Shown here: piece by piece, positions 39,744-50,077 of the stretch
Position numbering within the stretch: the first letter of the stretch is position 1
Layout of the letters: every line of letters starts with the position of its first letter
NCBI GenBank assembly: GCA_963801165.1
Contig: CAWDDT010000004.1
Span: 192,001 to 256,000, forward strand
Source of the DNA: an uncultured bacterium
Lineage (GTDB): Bacteria; Actinomycetota; Acidimicrobiia; Spongiisociales; UBA5794
Direction of reading: 5' to 3'
Length of the DNA: 64,000 bases
Notes under the pieces: model-generated
What the model was told of the DNA's origin: nothing
The model's input: the letters and a program-made list of their open reading frames with translations, nothing else
The model's database searches: none
Program-made: the position numbers and the translations under genes

Positions 39744-41087
39744 CTAGAAATGCCCGGCACCCAGCAACCGGAGCGCGATTGCCTCGGCGAGGATGCCCTT
39801 GCGTATCTCATCGAGATCCTGGCTCTCGTTGGGACCATGCGCCCGGCTGGTCGGATCGGCGACTCCGGTGAGCAGAATGGTTGCCTCCGGATAACGAGTG
39901 GCGAAGTCGGCCACAAACGGTATGGACCCGCCCACACCCATCTCGGCGGTCTCCCGTCCCCACGCTTCTGTGAAGGCGGTCCGGAAGGCGTCGTAGATCT
40001 GGCCCGCCGTGTCTCCGGCGAACGGCTCGCCCATGGCGCCCCTCGTTACCGTCACCTCGGCCCCCCATCCGACGTTGCCCTCGAGATGGGCGCCGAGCGC
40101 ATCCATGGCGCGTGCCGGATCGTCGCCGGGAGCGAGGCGCAGGCTCACCTTGGCCCGCGCCACCGGGACTAGCTGGTTGATTGCTTCGCTCAGTGGCGGA
40201 GCGTCGACGGCGAGCACCGCGATCGCGGGCTTGGTCCACAACCGCGATGTGATGGATCCGCTGCCGAGCAGCCGGATACCGTCCACCGGCTCGGCCTGGG
40301 CTCTGAGCTCGTCGGCGGTGAGGTCGAGCGCCGTTGTGTCCGCCGCATGCAGACCGGCGACGGCCACCTCGCCGTCCTCGTTGTGAAGGGTGGCCAGCAG
40401 CCGGGCAAGCGTTGTGATGGCATCGGGGATCGCACCGCCGAACATCCCGCTGTGAACCGCGTGGCGCAGCGTCCGCACCTCGACGGTGCAGTCGACGAGA
40501 CCACGCAGCGACGTGGTGAGCGTGGGGACTCCGACCGCCCAATTGGAGGAATCGAGGATGACGATCACGTCGGCGGCGAATAGATCCTGGTAGGTATCGA
40601 GGAAGGAACCGAGGTGCGCAGATCCGATCTCCTCCTCGCCCTCTACGAGGACCTTGATGCCGACCGGCGGCTGCGGCCCGAGCGCTCCGATCGCTCCCAC
40701 GTGGACCATCACCCCCGCCTTGTCGTCGCTGGTGCCCCGACCGTAGATACGGCCGTCGCGTGCAAACGGCTGGAAGGGGGCGGCATCCCACTCGTCGGCG
40801 GGGCCGGGTGGCTGTACGTCGTGGTGGGCGTAGAGAAGGACCGTCGGTGCGTTCTCGGGACCGGGGAGGTGAGCGAAGACGGCCGGATGGGCGCCTTCGA
40901 TCTCGAGGAGACGCACATCGGGGCAGCCGGCGGAACTGAGCAGCCCGGCGGTGAACTCTGCGGAGCGCCGCACCTCGGCCGGGTCATAGCCGGGAGCGCT
41001 TACTGAGGGGATACTGACCAGCGATTCCAGGCTGGCAACCAGGTCTGGAAACGACCGGTCGGTGGCGGTGCGAAGATCGTCGTGCAT
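39744..41087 (-). CDS. M20-family dipeptidase
   Basis: YAHHDVQP, GRGTSDDK, EGEEEIGS, HSGMFGG, GGSIP, AHGPNES. Confidence 0.92.
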   Translation of the reverse strand: MHDDLRTATDRSFPDLVASLESLVSIPSVSAPGYDPAEVRRSAEFTAGLLSSAGCPDVRLLEIEGAHPAVFAHLPGPENAPTVLLYAHHDVQPPGPADEWDAAPFQPFARDGRIYGRGTSDDKAGVMVHVGAIGALGPQPPVGIKVLVEGEEEIGSAHLGSFLDTYQDLFAADVIVILDSSNWAVGVPTLTTSLRGLVDCTVEVRTLRHAVHSGMFGGAIPDAITTLARLLATLHNEDGEVAVAGLHAADTTALDLTADELRAQAEPVDGIRLLGSGSITSRLWTKPAIAVLAVDAPPLSEAINQLVPVARAKVSLRLAPGDDPARAMDALGAHLEGNVGWGAEVTVTRGAMGEPFAGDTAGQIYDAFRTAFTEAWGRETAEMGVGGSIPFVADFATRYPEATILLTGVADPTSRAHGPNESQDLDEIRKGILAEAIALRLLGAGHF

Positions 41088-41199
41088 GGACCGGAGGTTA
41101 GAGCGGGGGCGAACAAGGCGCTAAAGCCGTAGGCGGGTCGGATCGACGTTAACTTCGTGGCGGCGACAACTTTCGTGGCGCGACGCAAGGAGGTGTGAC

Positions 41200-42012
41200 A
41201 TGGGCCGCTGGCTGTTTGGGACCATCGTCTCTTCTGCGCTGCTGACTATCGGCTGGGTTTTCTTCACCAGAATGCTGCCGCGCCGGGTCGCAGGCCGCGT
41301 GGCGCGTCCTCCGCAGCAGCCGCTCACGGTCCTGCCGGGGGACGAGCGCCAGGTATCGCTGCCCATCGATGCGGAGACACAGCTGTCTGCGGCCAAGATG
41401 GCCCATGACCGGTTCCTGGAGGAGGCAGGAGAGCTGATCCGGGCGGCGCGCGGCGCCGGGCTGTTCACGGAGAACCTTCTGACCGAGGCGGCCGAGAAGG
41501 CAGGCGACGCCGTCAAGCTGCGGCCCGGCTCGTTCGACGCGAATCTGATGTGTGGCGAGATCGCGGTCAAGCGTGCGCTAATGGCGGCGCCGGACACCGC
41601 CGTCGATTTGTTGCAGCGGGCGGCGGGCTTCTTTGCGACAGCGAGTGAGACGAAGCGTGGTGTCGTCGATACGTATGTCGGAAGGGGCTGGGCGCACCTG
41701 GAGCGGGCCTACCGTCTCGAGGGCGAGGATGCGGCTGCGGCGTACGGCGCGGCGGCCGAGGCCTTCGGGGAGGGTTTCGGGGTGAACTCGCACAACCTGT
41801 TTGTACTACGCGGGTGGGGGCTGGCCGTCGATGGCCTTGCCCGCACGTTGGGCGAACGGGCCGAGCCCACGACGACCGCCGAGGAGAGGTACCAGATGGC
41901 GCTTGCCGAGCATCGGGCCGGCGACCACGAGTTGTACGGCTGGTATGCCGGGGTCCGTGCCTCCGCCGAGCCGGTGCGGATCCCGATGCCGCCGGTGCGG
42001 GACCGATACTGA
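41200..42012 (+). CDS. Membrane-anchored helical (TPR-like) hypothetical protein
   Basis: AAGGAGG SD; N-terminal TM; Ala-rich helical repeats. Confidence 0.7.
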   Translation: MGRWLFGTIVSSALLTIGWVFFTRMLPRRVAGRVARPPQQPLTVLPGDERQVSLPIDAETQLSAAKMAHDRFLEEAGELIRAARGAGLFTENLLTEAAEKAGDAVKLRPGSFDANLMCGEIAVKRALMAAPDTAVDLLQRAAGFFATASETKRGVVDTYVGRGWAHLERAYRLEGEDAAAAYGAAAEAFGEGFGVNSHNLFVLRGWGLAVDGLARTLGERAEPTTTAEERYQMALAEHRAGDHELYGWYAGVRASAEPVRIPMPPVRDRY

Positions 42013-42101
42013 AGCGAGCAGTCTGATCACGGTGAGCGCACGTCTGCTAGTCAGCGCGGTTGTGGGTAATGTGGGCGCCACAAGTATCACGGAGGAATCG
42101 T

Positions 42102-42359
42102 ATGGCGCGGCGACGCTCGTGGAGTCGTGGTGATGATGGGGGACAGACGACGGGGTTCGCCGAGCGGATTGCGACGGCCACCAAACGCGATCCGGGGAGA
42201 GTCGACGACCCCTCAGCGCCGGCAGTGATTCCCCAGGGCCTGACCCGTTATCAGCGTCGGACCGCAAACCTGCCGTCGGGAGCGGTTCCGATGTCGGGAG
42301 AGGACAGGACGAACATTGTTATCGATCTTCGTCACCCGGCCGAGGATCAGCAGCCTTAG
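42102..42359 (+). CDS. Small hypothetical protein (85 aa)
   Basis: GGAGG SD 6 nt before ATG 42102; 3' end overlaps the convergent zwf end. Confidence 0.5.
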   Translation: MARRRSWSRGDDGGQTTGFAERIATATKRDPGRVDDPSAPAVIPQGLTRYQRRTANLPSGAVPMSGEDRTNIVIDLRHPAEDQQP

Positions 42360-43821
42360 CCTGCGGACTGGTGCGTATCTCGCCGCGGATCGGGCCCGAC
42401 GCCCATTGAATCGGGGTGTGTCTTCCTGACGGTCCCCACGTGCCGGCGGCGTACGGCAGCAACGGATGGCCATCCGTGGCGGCCTCGATCACCGGGTCGT
42501 ACAGCCGCCACGATGCCTCTACCTCGTCTGCACGAACGAACAGGGTCTGGTCGCCTTCGATGATGTCGAACAGCAGAGTCTGGTAGGCGTCGGGGAGCCG
42601 GTCGAACTCGTCTGCGTACATGAACCGCAGTTGCTTCTCGACCAGGCTCAATGCCTCGCCCGGCGTCTTGACGTCGAAGGAGACTTCGAAGCCCTCATTG
42701 GGCTGGATGATCAGCTTGATCAGGTTCTGGTGCTCGACACACTGATCGCGCTTGCCGTGGAACATACAGATCGGCGGCGGGCGGAACCTGATCACGATCT
42801 GCGAGCTGCGGGCAGGCATCCGCTTGCCGGTGCGCAGATAGAACGGCACCCCTTCCCAGCGCCAGTTGTCGATGTCGAGGCGGAGGCTGATATAGGTGGG
42901 AGTGACCGAGTCCGGGGGAACCTGCTCTTCCTCGCAATAGCCGGGCACTGCCCTTCCGTCGAGCTCGCCGGGGCCATACTGGCCAAGGGTCAACTCGTCG
43001 AGGTCGATGTGTCTGACCGCGCTGAGCAGTTGCACCTTGGCATCCCGGATGGCCTCGGGCTCGAACGAGTGCGGCGCATCCATGGCGACCAGTGCCAGCA
43101 GTTGGGTGAGATGGTTCTGCAGCATGTCGCGGATGACGCCGGCGCCGTCGTAGTACGCCGCCCTGCTGCCGATGCCGATCGATTCGGCGACTGTGATCTC
43201 GATGGCGTCGACGCGGTCACGGTTCCAGCTCGACTCGAAGAGCATGTTGGCGAATCGAAACGCCAGCACGTTGCGCACCGTCTCCTTGCCGAGGTAGTGG
43301 TCGATCCGATAGATCTGACTCTCGTCGAAGTGACGGTGCACGAGATCGTTGAGTGAGCGGGCGGATGCAAAATCACGCCCGAACGGCTTCTCGACGACGA
43401 CGCGGGTCCATCCGAGACTCTGGTTGAGACCCGCTTTGCTCAGCCCGGCTATAACTGCGGGCACTGCAGTGGGTGGTAGCGCCAGGTAGAAGATCCGGTT
43501 GCCGGGCAGCCGGTGTCGTGTCTCTATCGATGCGATCTTGTCGGCGAGACCGCCCAGCCCCTCGTTGCGCTGAACTCGTTGGAAGTAGACCCGCGAGTCG
43601 CACCAGGCCCCGAGGTCCCCGTCGATTCCCGCCTCGCTCAAGGCCTTTCTGGCGAAGTCGCGGTAGCCGTCGTCGTCGAAGTCGCGCGACGAGACGGCGA
43701 GCAGGATCGACTCGTCGCAGGTTCCGGAGTCGACCATGATCTGATACATCGACGGGAGCAGCTTTCTGCGAGCGAGATCGCCGGTGCCGCCGTAGATGAT
43801 GAACAAGTGGGGTTGGGCCAT
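42319..43821 (-). CDS. zwf: Glucose-6-phosphate 1-dehydrogenase
   Basis: GGTGDLARRKL, EKPFG, RIDHYLGKE, RDMLQNHL, NWRWEGVPFYLRTGK. Confidence 0.96.
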   Translation of the reverse strand: MAQPHLFIIYGGTGDLARRKLLPSMYQIMVDSGTCDESILLAVSSRDFDDDGYRDFARKALSEAGIDGDLGAWCDSRVYFQRVQRNEGLGGLADKIASIETRHRLPGNRIFYLALPPTAVPAVIAGLSKAGLNQSLGWTRVVVEKPFGRDFASARSLNDLVHRHFDESQIYRIDHYLGKETVRNVLAFRFANMLFESSWNRDRVDAIEITVAESIGIGSRAAYYDGAGVIRDMLQNHLTQLLALVAMDAPHSFEPEAIRDAKVQLLSAVRHIDLDELTLGQYGPGELDGRAVPGYCEEEQVPPDSVTPTYISLRLDIDNWRWEGVPFYLRTGKRMPARSSQIVIRFRPPPICMFHGKRDQCVEHQNLIKLIIQPNEGFEVSFDVKTPGEALSLVEKQLRFMYADEFDRLPDAYQTLLFDIIEGDQTLFVRADEVEASWRLYDPVIEAATDGHPLLPYAAGTWGPSGRHTPIQWASGPIRGEIRTSPQAKAADPRPGDEDR

Positions 43822-43911
43822 TGCGGGGATTCTATTGCGGGGATTCAATTCCCGGGCGATGCCCTTCCGCGAAGCGACGCCGTCGATACCGTCGACACGG
43901 GCATTGTGCGA

Positions 43912-43944
43912 TCACTAAAGTGAACTTCGGTTCATTAAACCGAA
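43912..43944 (+). promoter_or_regulatory. Two adjacent palindromes, candidate operator for the XRE-cupin regulator
   Basis: TCACT-AA-AGTGA and TTCGGTT-CATTA-AACCGAA just before the GGAGGG SD. Confidence 0.5.
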
Positions 43945-43954
43945 CGGGAGGGTT

Positions 43955-44545
43955 GTGGTTACCGAGCCGCAAGAGACCGTGCAGGCCCATGTCGCCGATC
44001 TGGGATTACGTCTGCGTGAAGCGCGCCGAGGACGATTCACCGTAAAGGAGCTGGCCAACGCCGCGGGCGTCAGCAGCGGGCTGATCAGCGAGGTCGAGCG
44101 GGGGAGGGGCAATCCGTCGTTCCGCTCGCTCTATCGGATCAGCCAGGCCCTGGGTCTTCGGGTCGGTGACTTGCTTTCCCCCCAGCCCGATCACAGTCAA
44201 GCGGCCGCCCGGGTTGTGGCACGCGATCAACGCAAGCTTCTCCAGCTCGGCGAAAACGGTCTCGCATGGCAGCTGCTGACGCCCAGCCTCCAGGGACGGC
44301 TCGAAGTGCTGAAGACCACGATCCCACCCGGGTTCAGTAATGAGGAGGCCCCCTTCAAGCACGAAGGCGAGGAGTGTGTCTTTCTGCTGATCGGAGACGG
44401 CTTACAGGTAACGGTCGCAGGCGAGCTGTTCACCCTCGAGATGGGCGACGCCATCACCTACGACTCCGGAGACAGCCACTGGTGGAGCAATCCCACCGAC
44501 ACCGATGTCGTTGTCATCGGAGCGGTGACACCCCCGAGTTTCTGA
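43955..44545 (+). CDS. XRE-family HTH + cupin transcriptional regulator
   Basis: ELANAAGVSSGLISEVERGRGNPS; HEGEE, GDAITYDS..H.W.N. Confidence 0.92.
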   Translation: MVTEPQETVQAHVADLGLRLREARRGRFTVKELANAAGVSSGLISEVERGRGNPSFRSLYRISQALGLRVGDLLSPQPDHSQAAARVVARDQRKLLQLGENGLAWQLLTPSLQGRLEVLKTTIPPGFSNEEAPFKHEGEECVFLLIGDGLQVTVAGELFTLEMGDAITYDSGDSHWWSNPTDTDVVVIGAVTPPSF

Positions 44546-44570
44546 TTCGAACACAACCAGAGGAGGAGAA

Positions 44571-46217
44571 ATGAGACATCAGGGAACGAGATGGAGATTC
44601 GTGCTGTTGATTGTCGCGCTCGTCACGGCTGCCGCAGCGTGTAGCAGCGGCGAGGGTGTCGACGTCGGAGACTCGACGACGACCACGGCGGCGGAGAATG
44701 GCTCGACGACCACCGCGATGACCGAGACAACCGCAATGACCGAGACAACCGCAATGACCGAGACAACCGCGGCCATGAGCGAGGGCGGCGGCGTTCTCGT
44801 CGCCGCTCAAGGGTCGGAACCCGACACCCTGGATCCGCACATGACAAGCTCATACGCCAGCTTCCAGGTGCTCGAGAACGTATATGACACCCTGGTGCAG
44901 CCGGCGGCCGACCTCTCAATGGAGCCGGCTCTTGCCGAGAGCTGGGACATCAGCGACGACAATCTGACCTGGACCTTCCACCTCCGTCCCGGGGTGAAGT
45001 TCCACAACGGTCGTGATCTCGTTGCAGACGACGTGGTCTACAGCTTCAACCGGGTCATCGACGAGGGCCTCAATGGTTGGCGATTTGGTGCAGTAAACAC
45101 CATCACGGCTCCCGACGACGCGACGGTAGTGATCACGCTGAACCAGCCGAGCCCGAATCTGCTGGTCTCGATCGCAGGTTTCAAGGGCATGGCCATCGTC
45201 CCGCAGGAGATTGTCGAGGACGGGACCATCGCCACGCATCCGGTCGGAACCGGGCCGTTCCGCTTCGTGTCCCAGTCGCCCGATCAAGGCATCGTGCTCG
45301 AGAAGAACCCCGACTACTGGCGAGCCGACGAGGGTCTTCCCAAGCTCGACGGTGTCCGTTTCGTCCAGATCCCGGACGCCGGTACCAAGCTGACGGCGCT
45401 CGAGACCGGTGAGGTGCAGTGGATCGATGCCGTGCCACCCCAGAACATCGACGCGCTGGCGGCCGAAGACGGGATCACGGTCGGTCGGGTGCCCGGAGGT
45501 GACTACCACTACTTCGCCCTCAACGAGAACCGGCCCCCGTTCGACAACGTGTTGGTGCGTCAGGCAATCGCCACGGCGATCAACCGTGGCGAGATCGCCG
45601 AGGCGGCTCAGTTTGGAGCGGCCACACCGAACGAGACCGCGATACCGGCCTCCAACAAGGCGTGGTACTTCGACTATGCGCCGTACGCACCGGGTGACCT
45701 CGAGACCGCCCAGGGTTTGCTCGATCAGGCAGGTGTTTCCGACCTGACCATCGACTTCCTGGTAACCAGCGACAACCCCGAAACGGTGACTCAGGCGCAG
45801 GTGATCGCGGCCGAGCTGGAACCGCTCGGGATAACGGTGAACATCACCGATGTCGACTTCAACACCTGGCTCGACCGCGAGGCGAACGGTGAGTTCGACG
45901 CCTTCATGTTGAGCTGGGTCGGCAACATCGACCCCGATGACTTCTATTACGCCCAGCACCACACCGGCGCAAACTTCAACTTCCAGGGCTACTCGAACAG
46001 TGAAGTTGATTCGCTGCTGGATCAGGCGAGGGTTGAGACCGACCAGGCGGCTCGCAAGGACCTGTACGACCAGGCAGCGAAGATCATCGTCGATGAGGCG
46101 TCGTACATTTACCTGTACAACCCTGACAACATCAACGCATGGCGCAACGAAGTCGGCGGGTACATGACCCGCGGCGACAAGGCGGTGCGGTTCGTGGAGA
46201 CAACGCTCAGCCAGTGA
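44571..46217 (+). CDS. Peptide/nickel ABC transporter substrate-binding lipoprotein (family 5)
   Basis: Lipobox AAAC; LDP, VYDTLV, LAESW, LRPGVKFHNG, GTGPF, VRQAI..AINR. Confidence 0.93.
   Translation: MRHQGTRWRFVLLIVALVTAAAACSSGEGVDVGDSTTTTAAENGSTTTAMTETTAMTETTAMTETTAAMSEGGGVLVAAQGSEPDTLDPHMTSSYASFQVLENVYDTLVQPAADLSMEPALAESWDISDDNLTWTFHLRPGVKFHNGRDLVADDVVYSFNRVIDEGLNGWRFGAVNTITAPDDATVVITLNQPSPNLLVSIAGFKGMAIVPQEIVEDGTIATHPVGTGPFRFVSQSPDQGIVLEKNPDYWRADEGLPKLDGVRFVQIPDAGTKLTALETGEVQWIDAVPPQNIDALAAEDGITVGRVPGGDYHYFALNENRPPFDNVLVRQAIATAINRGEIAEAAQFGAATPNETAIPASNKAWYFDYAPYAPGDLETAQGLLDQAGVSDLTIDFLVTSDNPETVTQAQVIAAELEPLGITVNITDVDFNTWLDREANGEFDAFMLSWVGNIDPDDFYYAQHHTGANFNFQGYSNSEVDSLLDQARVETDQAARKDLYDQAAKIIVDEASYIYLYNPDNINAWRNEVGGYMTRGDKAVRFVETTLSQ
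44712..44771 (+). repeat. Coding tandem repeat, 3+ x 18 bp (TAMTET)
   Basis: accgcRatgaccgagaca x3 in the lipoprotein tether. Confidence 0.9.
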
Positions 46218-46225
46218 GCCAACCA

Positions 46226-46259
46226 CCGGTGGGAGTCGGGCGCCACCCGCTCCCACCGG
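46226..46259 (+). terminator. Intra-operon stem-loop after the SBP gene (mRNA stabiliser or attenuator)
   Basis: CCGGTGGGAG...CTCCCACCGG arms. Confidence 0.6.
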
Positions 46260-46280
46260 CCTCCCATCGGAGGAAGGAAC

Positions 46281-47225
46281 ATGACGGGATTCCTGGCACG
46301 ACGCTTCATGCAGATGATCCTGGCATTGCTGGGTGTCAGCATCGTCGTGTTCTCATTGATCCACCTGGTACCTGGAGACCCGGTGCGGGTTGCGCTCGGT
46401 ACCCGGTTCGATCCCGACCTGTACAACACGCTGACGCATCGGGTGGGGCTCGACAAGCCGCTGCTCGAGCAGTACTTCTCCTGGCTGGGGCATGCCCTAA
46501 CCGGTGACCTCGGGGTCAGCTTCCGCAACGGGCAGCCCGTCACCACTCTCGTTCTCCAGCGGCTCCCGGCGACGGCGACGTTGGCGCTGGCTGCGCTGCT
46601 CATCGCCATCTTGGTGGCCATGCCGGCAGGGATCATCTCGGCGGTCCGGTCGGGGAGCGCACTCGATTACACGGTCACCGCAGCCAGCCAGATCGGCATC
46701 TCAATGCCGGACTTCTGGGCGGGTGTCATGTACATCCTGTTGTTCGCCCTCGCCCTCGGCTGGCTTCCGTCGTCCGGTTACGTGTCCCTCACGGTGAGCC
46801 CTGTGGAATGGGCGCGCCATCTTCTGTTGCCCGCCCTCACCATCGGGCTGATCTCCGGATCGATAATCACCCGTTTTGTGCGATCGTCGGTGCTCGAGGC
46901 GCTCAACCAGGACTACGTCCTCACCGCACGGGCCAAGGGTCTATCGGAGTGGCAGATCGTCCGCCGCCACGTCCTCCCCAACGCCTGGATTCCCATTGTC
47001 ACCGTCGTCGGGCTGCAGTTCGGCTTCCTCCTCGGCGGGGTTGTGGTCACCGAGGTCATCTTCGCCTGGCCGGGTCTGGGCCGGCTTGCGCTCACCGCGG
47101 TGAAGGACCGCGACTACACGGTGCTACAGGGAGCGGTGCTCTACATCGCCTTCATGTTCCTCGTGATCAACCTCCTCGTCGACATCATCTACGCCCGACT
47201 CGACCCGCGGGTGCGTGTGTCATGA
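46281..47225 (+). CDS. Peptide ABC permease (DppB-like)
   Basis: PGDP, GDLGVSF, DYVLTARAKGL, E.IFAWPGLG, DPR. Confidence 0.93.
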   Translation: MTGFLARRFMQMILALLGVSIVVFSLIHLVPGDPVRVALGTRFDPDLYNTLTHRVGLDKPLLEQYFSWLGHALTGDLGVSFRNGQPVTTLVLQRLPATATLALAALLIAILVAMPAGIISAVRSGSALDYTVTAASQIGISMPDFWAGVMYILLFALALGWLPSSGYVSLTVSPVEWARHLLLPALTIGLISGSIITRFVRSSVLEALNQDYVLTARAKGLSEWQIVRRHVLPNAWIPIVTVVGLQFGFLLGGVVVTEVIFAWPGLGRLALTAVKDRDYTVLQGAVLYIAFMFLVINLLVDIIYARLDPRVRVS

Positions 47226-48124
47226 CAGCCGACGCCGACCGTCTCGCCACAAAGCCCGTCTCGCAGACCAGGGAGACCCTCCAGGCGCTGCTGGCCAACA
47301 AGCTGGCGGTCGCCGGATTGATCGTCCTCGGCCTGCTCGTCATCGTCGGGGTCTTTGGCAAGGCGATTGCACCATTCGGGATCAACGAGATCGATATTCC
47401 CAACCGGCTGAGCGGGCCGTCGTCGTTGCACTGGTTCGGTACCGACAACCTGGGCCGTGACACGCTGAGCAGGATCCTCATCGCCGCCCGGGTGTCACTC
47501 CAGGTCGGGTTCATTGCGGTCGGCTTTGCCCTCGTTGTGGGGGTACCGATCGGGCTCCTCGCCGGCTACTACCGCGGTGCGGTCGATGCGGTCCTGATGC
47601 GCCTCATGGACATTCTCTTCTCGTTCCCGGCAATCCTGTTGGCCATTGCCATCCTGGCGGTGCTCGGCCCCGGTATCCGCAACGCGATGATCGCCATCGG
47701 TCTGGTCTATACCCCGATCTTCGCCAGAATCACCCGCGGCAGCGTGCTGGTCGTCTCTGAGGAGGTCTACATCCGGGCCGCCCGGTCCCTTGGCGCTGGC
47801 AATCGCCGCATCCTCTTCCGGCACATCCTTCCCAACGTGGCGGCCCCGATCATCGTGCAGACGACCCTGTCGCTTGCCTTTGCGATCTTGTCCGAGGCTG
47901 CCCTTTCGTTTCTCGGTCTCGGGGTGCAGCCCCCGAATCCGGCCTGGGGCAGGATGCTGGCCGACGGCCGTGATTATTTTCAGCAGAACCCGTGGATGGG
48001 CATCTTCCCCGGTATCGCCATCCTGGTGACGGTGATGGCGTTCAACTTCGTCGGCGACGGGCTGCGCGACGCCCTCGACCCGAAACAGAAGTCGGTGATC
48101 GAATCCAGAGGCCAGTCGGCATGA
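47222..48124 (+). CDS. Peptide ABC permease (DppC-like)
   Basis: HWFGTDNLGRD, EAALSFLGLG, WGRML, GDGLRDALDP. Confidence 0.93.
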   Translation: MTADADRLATKPVSQTRETLQALLANKLAVAGLIVLGLLVIVGVFGKAIAPFGINEIDIPNRLSGPSSLHWFGTDNLGRDTLSRILIAARVSLQVGFIAVGFALVVGVPIGLLAGYYRGAVDAVLMRLMDILFSFPAILLAIAILAVLGPGIRNAMIAIGLVYTPIFARITRGSVLVVSEEVYIRAARSLGAGNRRILFRHILPNVAAPIIVQTTLSLAFAILSEAALSFLGLGVQPPNPAWGRMLADGRDYFQQNPWMGIFPGIAILVTVMAFNFVGDGLRDALDPKQKSVIESRGQSA

Positions 48125-49107
48125 GCGATCCGGTACTCACCATACGTGATCTCACCGTCCGGTTCGGGACCAAACGCGGTGTCGCCGAAGTGGTAACCGG
48201 CATCTCCTACGACCTCCACCCCGGGGAGACCCTGGCCATCGTCGGCGAATCGGGCTCGGGCAAGAGCGTGGGAGTGCTCGCCATCATGGGGCTGCTCGCC
48301 CAACCCCCCGCCGCGGTCTCCGGGTCGGTCCGATACCGCGGGGCCGAGCTGCTCACGATGACACCGAAGGAGCTGCGGGCTATCCGGGGCAGCGGTCTGG
48401 CGATGATCTTTCAGGACCCGATGACTTCGCTCAACCCGGTGCGCACCGTCGGCTACCAGATCACCGAGCCGATGGCGCTTCATCTCGATCTCACCCGTGA
48501 CGCGGCCCGCGAACGTGCCGTCGAGCTGCTCGACCTGGTCGGCATCCCCGCGCCTGCGGAGCGATACAAGGAGTATCCCCACCAACTCTCCGGGGGGATG
48601 CGCCAGCGGGTCATGATCGCCATGGCCCTGGCGTGCAACCCGGACGTGCTTATCGCCGACGAGGCAACCACGGCTCTCGACGTCACCACCCAGGCGCAGA
48701 TCATCGAACTCGTGGCCGGGCTGCAGACCAGGATCGGGATGGCCGTCATCTGGATCACCCACGATCTCGGCGTCGTCGCCGGCATTGCCGACCGGGTCCA
48801 CGTGATGTACGGCGGGCGCTTCATGGAGCAGGCGCCGGTGGACGACCTCTATGCGGCGCCGCGCCACCCTTACACCGAGGGGCTGCTCGGCTCGTTGCCG
48901 GTGCCCGGGGCGGATCGCCCCGACAAGTTGATGACCATCGCCGGCCTGCCGCCCGATCCGGTGGCGATGCCCGCCGGGTGCCCGTTTGCTCCCCGCTGTA
49001 GGTACGCCGATCACGACCGCTGCGATCGGGAGGTCCCGATGTTGGATGGGGTCACCGCCGGCCACCAGGCCGCCTGCTTCTACCCGTTGGTGCCGGCGCA
49101 TGAGTGA
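48121..49107 (+). CDS. Peptide ABC ATP-binding protein (DppD-like)
   Basis: [28 protein letters not shown]-terminal Cys cluster. Confidence 0.94.
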   Translation: MSDPVLTIRDLTVRFGTKRGVAEVVTGISYDLHPGETLAIVGESGSGKSVGVLAIMGLLAQPPAAVSGSVRYRGAELLTMTPKELRAIRGSGLAMIFQDPMTSLNPVRTVGYQITEPMALHLDLTRDAARERAVELLDLVGIPAPAERYKEYPHQLSGGMRQRVMIAMALACNPDVLIADEATTALDVTTQAQIIELVAGLQTRIGMAVIWITHDLGVVAGIADRVHVMYGGRFMEQAPVDDLYAAPRHPYTEGLLGSLPVPGADRPDKLMTIAGLPPDPVAMPAGCPFAPRCRYADHDRCDREVPMLDGVTAGHQAACFYPLVPAHE

Positions 49108-50077
49108 GTTCCTCGTCGAGGTCAGGGATCTCGAAGTCCATTTCCCGGTTTACGACACGGGTGTCATACGTCATCACGTCAACGATGTGAAGGCGGTCGA
49201 TGGGGTCAGCTTCCGGGTGCGGCGGGGCGAGACTCTCGGACTCGTCGGCGAGTCCGGTTGTGGCAAGACGACGACCGGTCTGGCGCTGACGCGTCTCATC
49301 AACCCGACAGGCGGTGAGGTGTGGTTTGACGGCACCGAGATGAGCACTCTGTCGGCCGGTGAGCTGCGGGCATTGAGAAAGCGGATGGCGATGATCTTCC
49401 AGGACCCGTATGCATCGCTCGATCCCCGCATGTCCATCGGTAAGCTCGTCGCCGAGCCGCTGGTCATACACGGGCTGGCGAGGAGCAGACGCCAACGCGA
49501 TAGCCGTGTTGGCGAGCTCTTGGAGATGGTCGGGCTCAGCCCCGATTACAGGAATCGTTACCCGCACGAGTTCTCTGGCGGCCAGCGGCAGCGGGTCGGC
49601 ATCGCCCGGGCTCTCGCCACCGAACCTGATTTCGTCGTCTGTGACGAGCCGATTGCCGCGCTGGACGTCTCGATCCAGGCAGGGGTGATGAATCTGCTCG
49701 AGGATCTGCAGCGGGAGCTTGGGCTCACCTATCTCTTCATAGCCCACGATCTGTCCGCGGTGCAGCATTTCAGCGATCGGATCGCAGTCATGTACCTCGG
49801 CCGCATCGTCGAGGTCGCCGACCGGGTCGGGCTGTACGAACAGCCGCATCACCCCTACACCGAGGCCCTGCTCTCGGCGGTGCCGGTTCCGGACCCCGTG
49901 GTCGAGCGGCAGAGGACGAGGATCATCCTGCAGGGTGACGTGCCCAGCCCGATCGATCCGCCCTCGGGCTGCAACTTCCACCCGCGTTGTCCCAAGGCGT
50001 TCGAGGCATGTCCGCAAGAGGATCCGGCCCTGGCGGCGGTAGGCGACCACGAAGTGGCCTGCCTGCTCTATCAGTAG
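49100..50077 (+). CDS. Peptide ABC ATP-binding protein (DppF-like)
   Basis: [34 protein letters not shown]. Confidence 0.94.
   Translation: MSEFLVEVRDLEVHFPVYDTGVIRHHVNDVKAVDGVSFRVRRGETLGLVGESGCGKTTTGLALTRLINPTGGEVWFDGTEMSTLSAGELRALRKRMAMIFQDPYASLDPRMSIGKLVAEPLVIHGLARSRRQRDSRVGELLEMVGLSPDYRNRYPHEFSGGQRQRVGIARALATEPDFVVCDEPIAALDVSIQAGVMNLLEDLQRELGLTYLFIAHDLSAVQHFSDRIAVMYLGRIVEVADRVGLYEQPHHPYTEALLSAVPVPDPVVERQRTRIILQGDVPSPIDPPSGCNFHPRCPKAFEACPQEDPALAAVGDHEVACLLYQ

Noticed and set aside
44916-46256. Long antisense and alternate-frame ORFs (e.g. 44916..46256, 30878..32152, 12009..13181, 50314..51570, 2011..3171)
   Set aside because: They are shadows of well-supported genes, caused by high-GC codon bias, and have no motifs.
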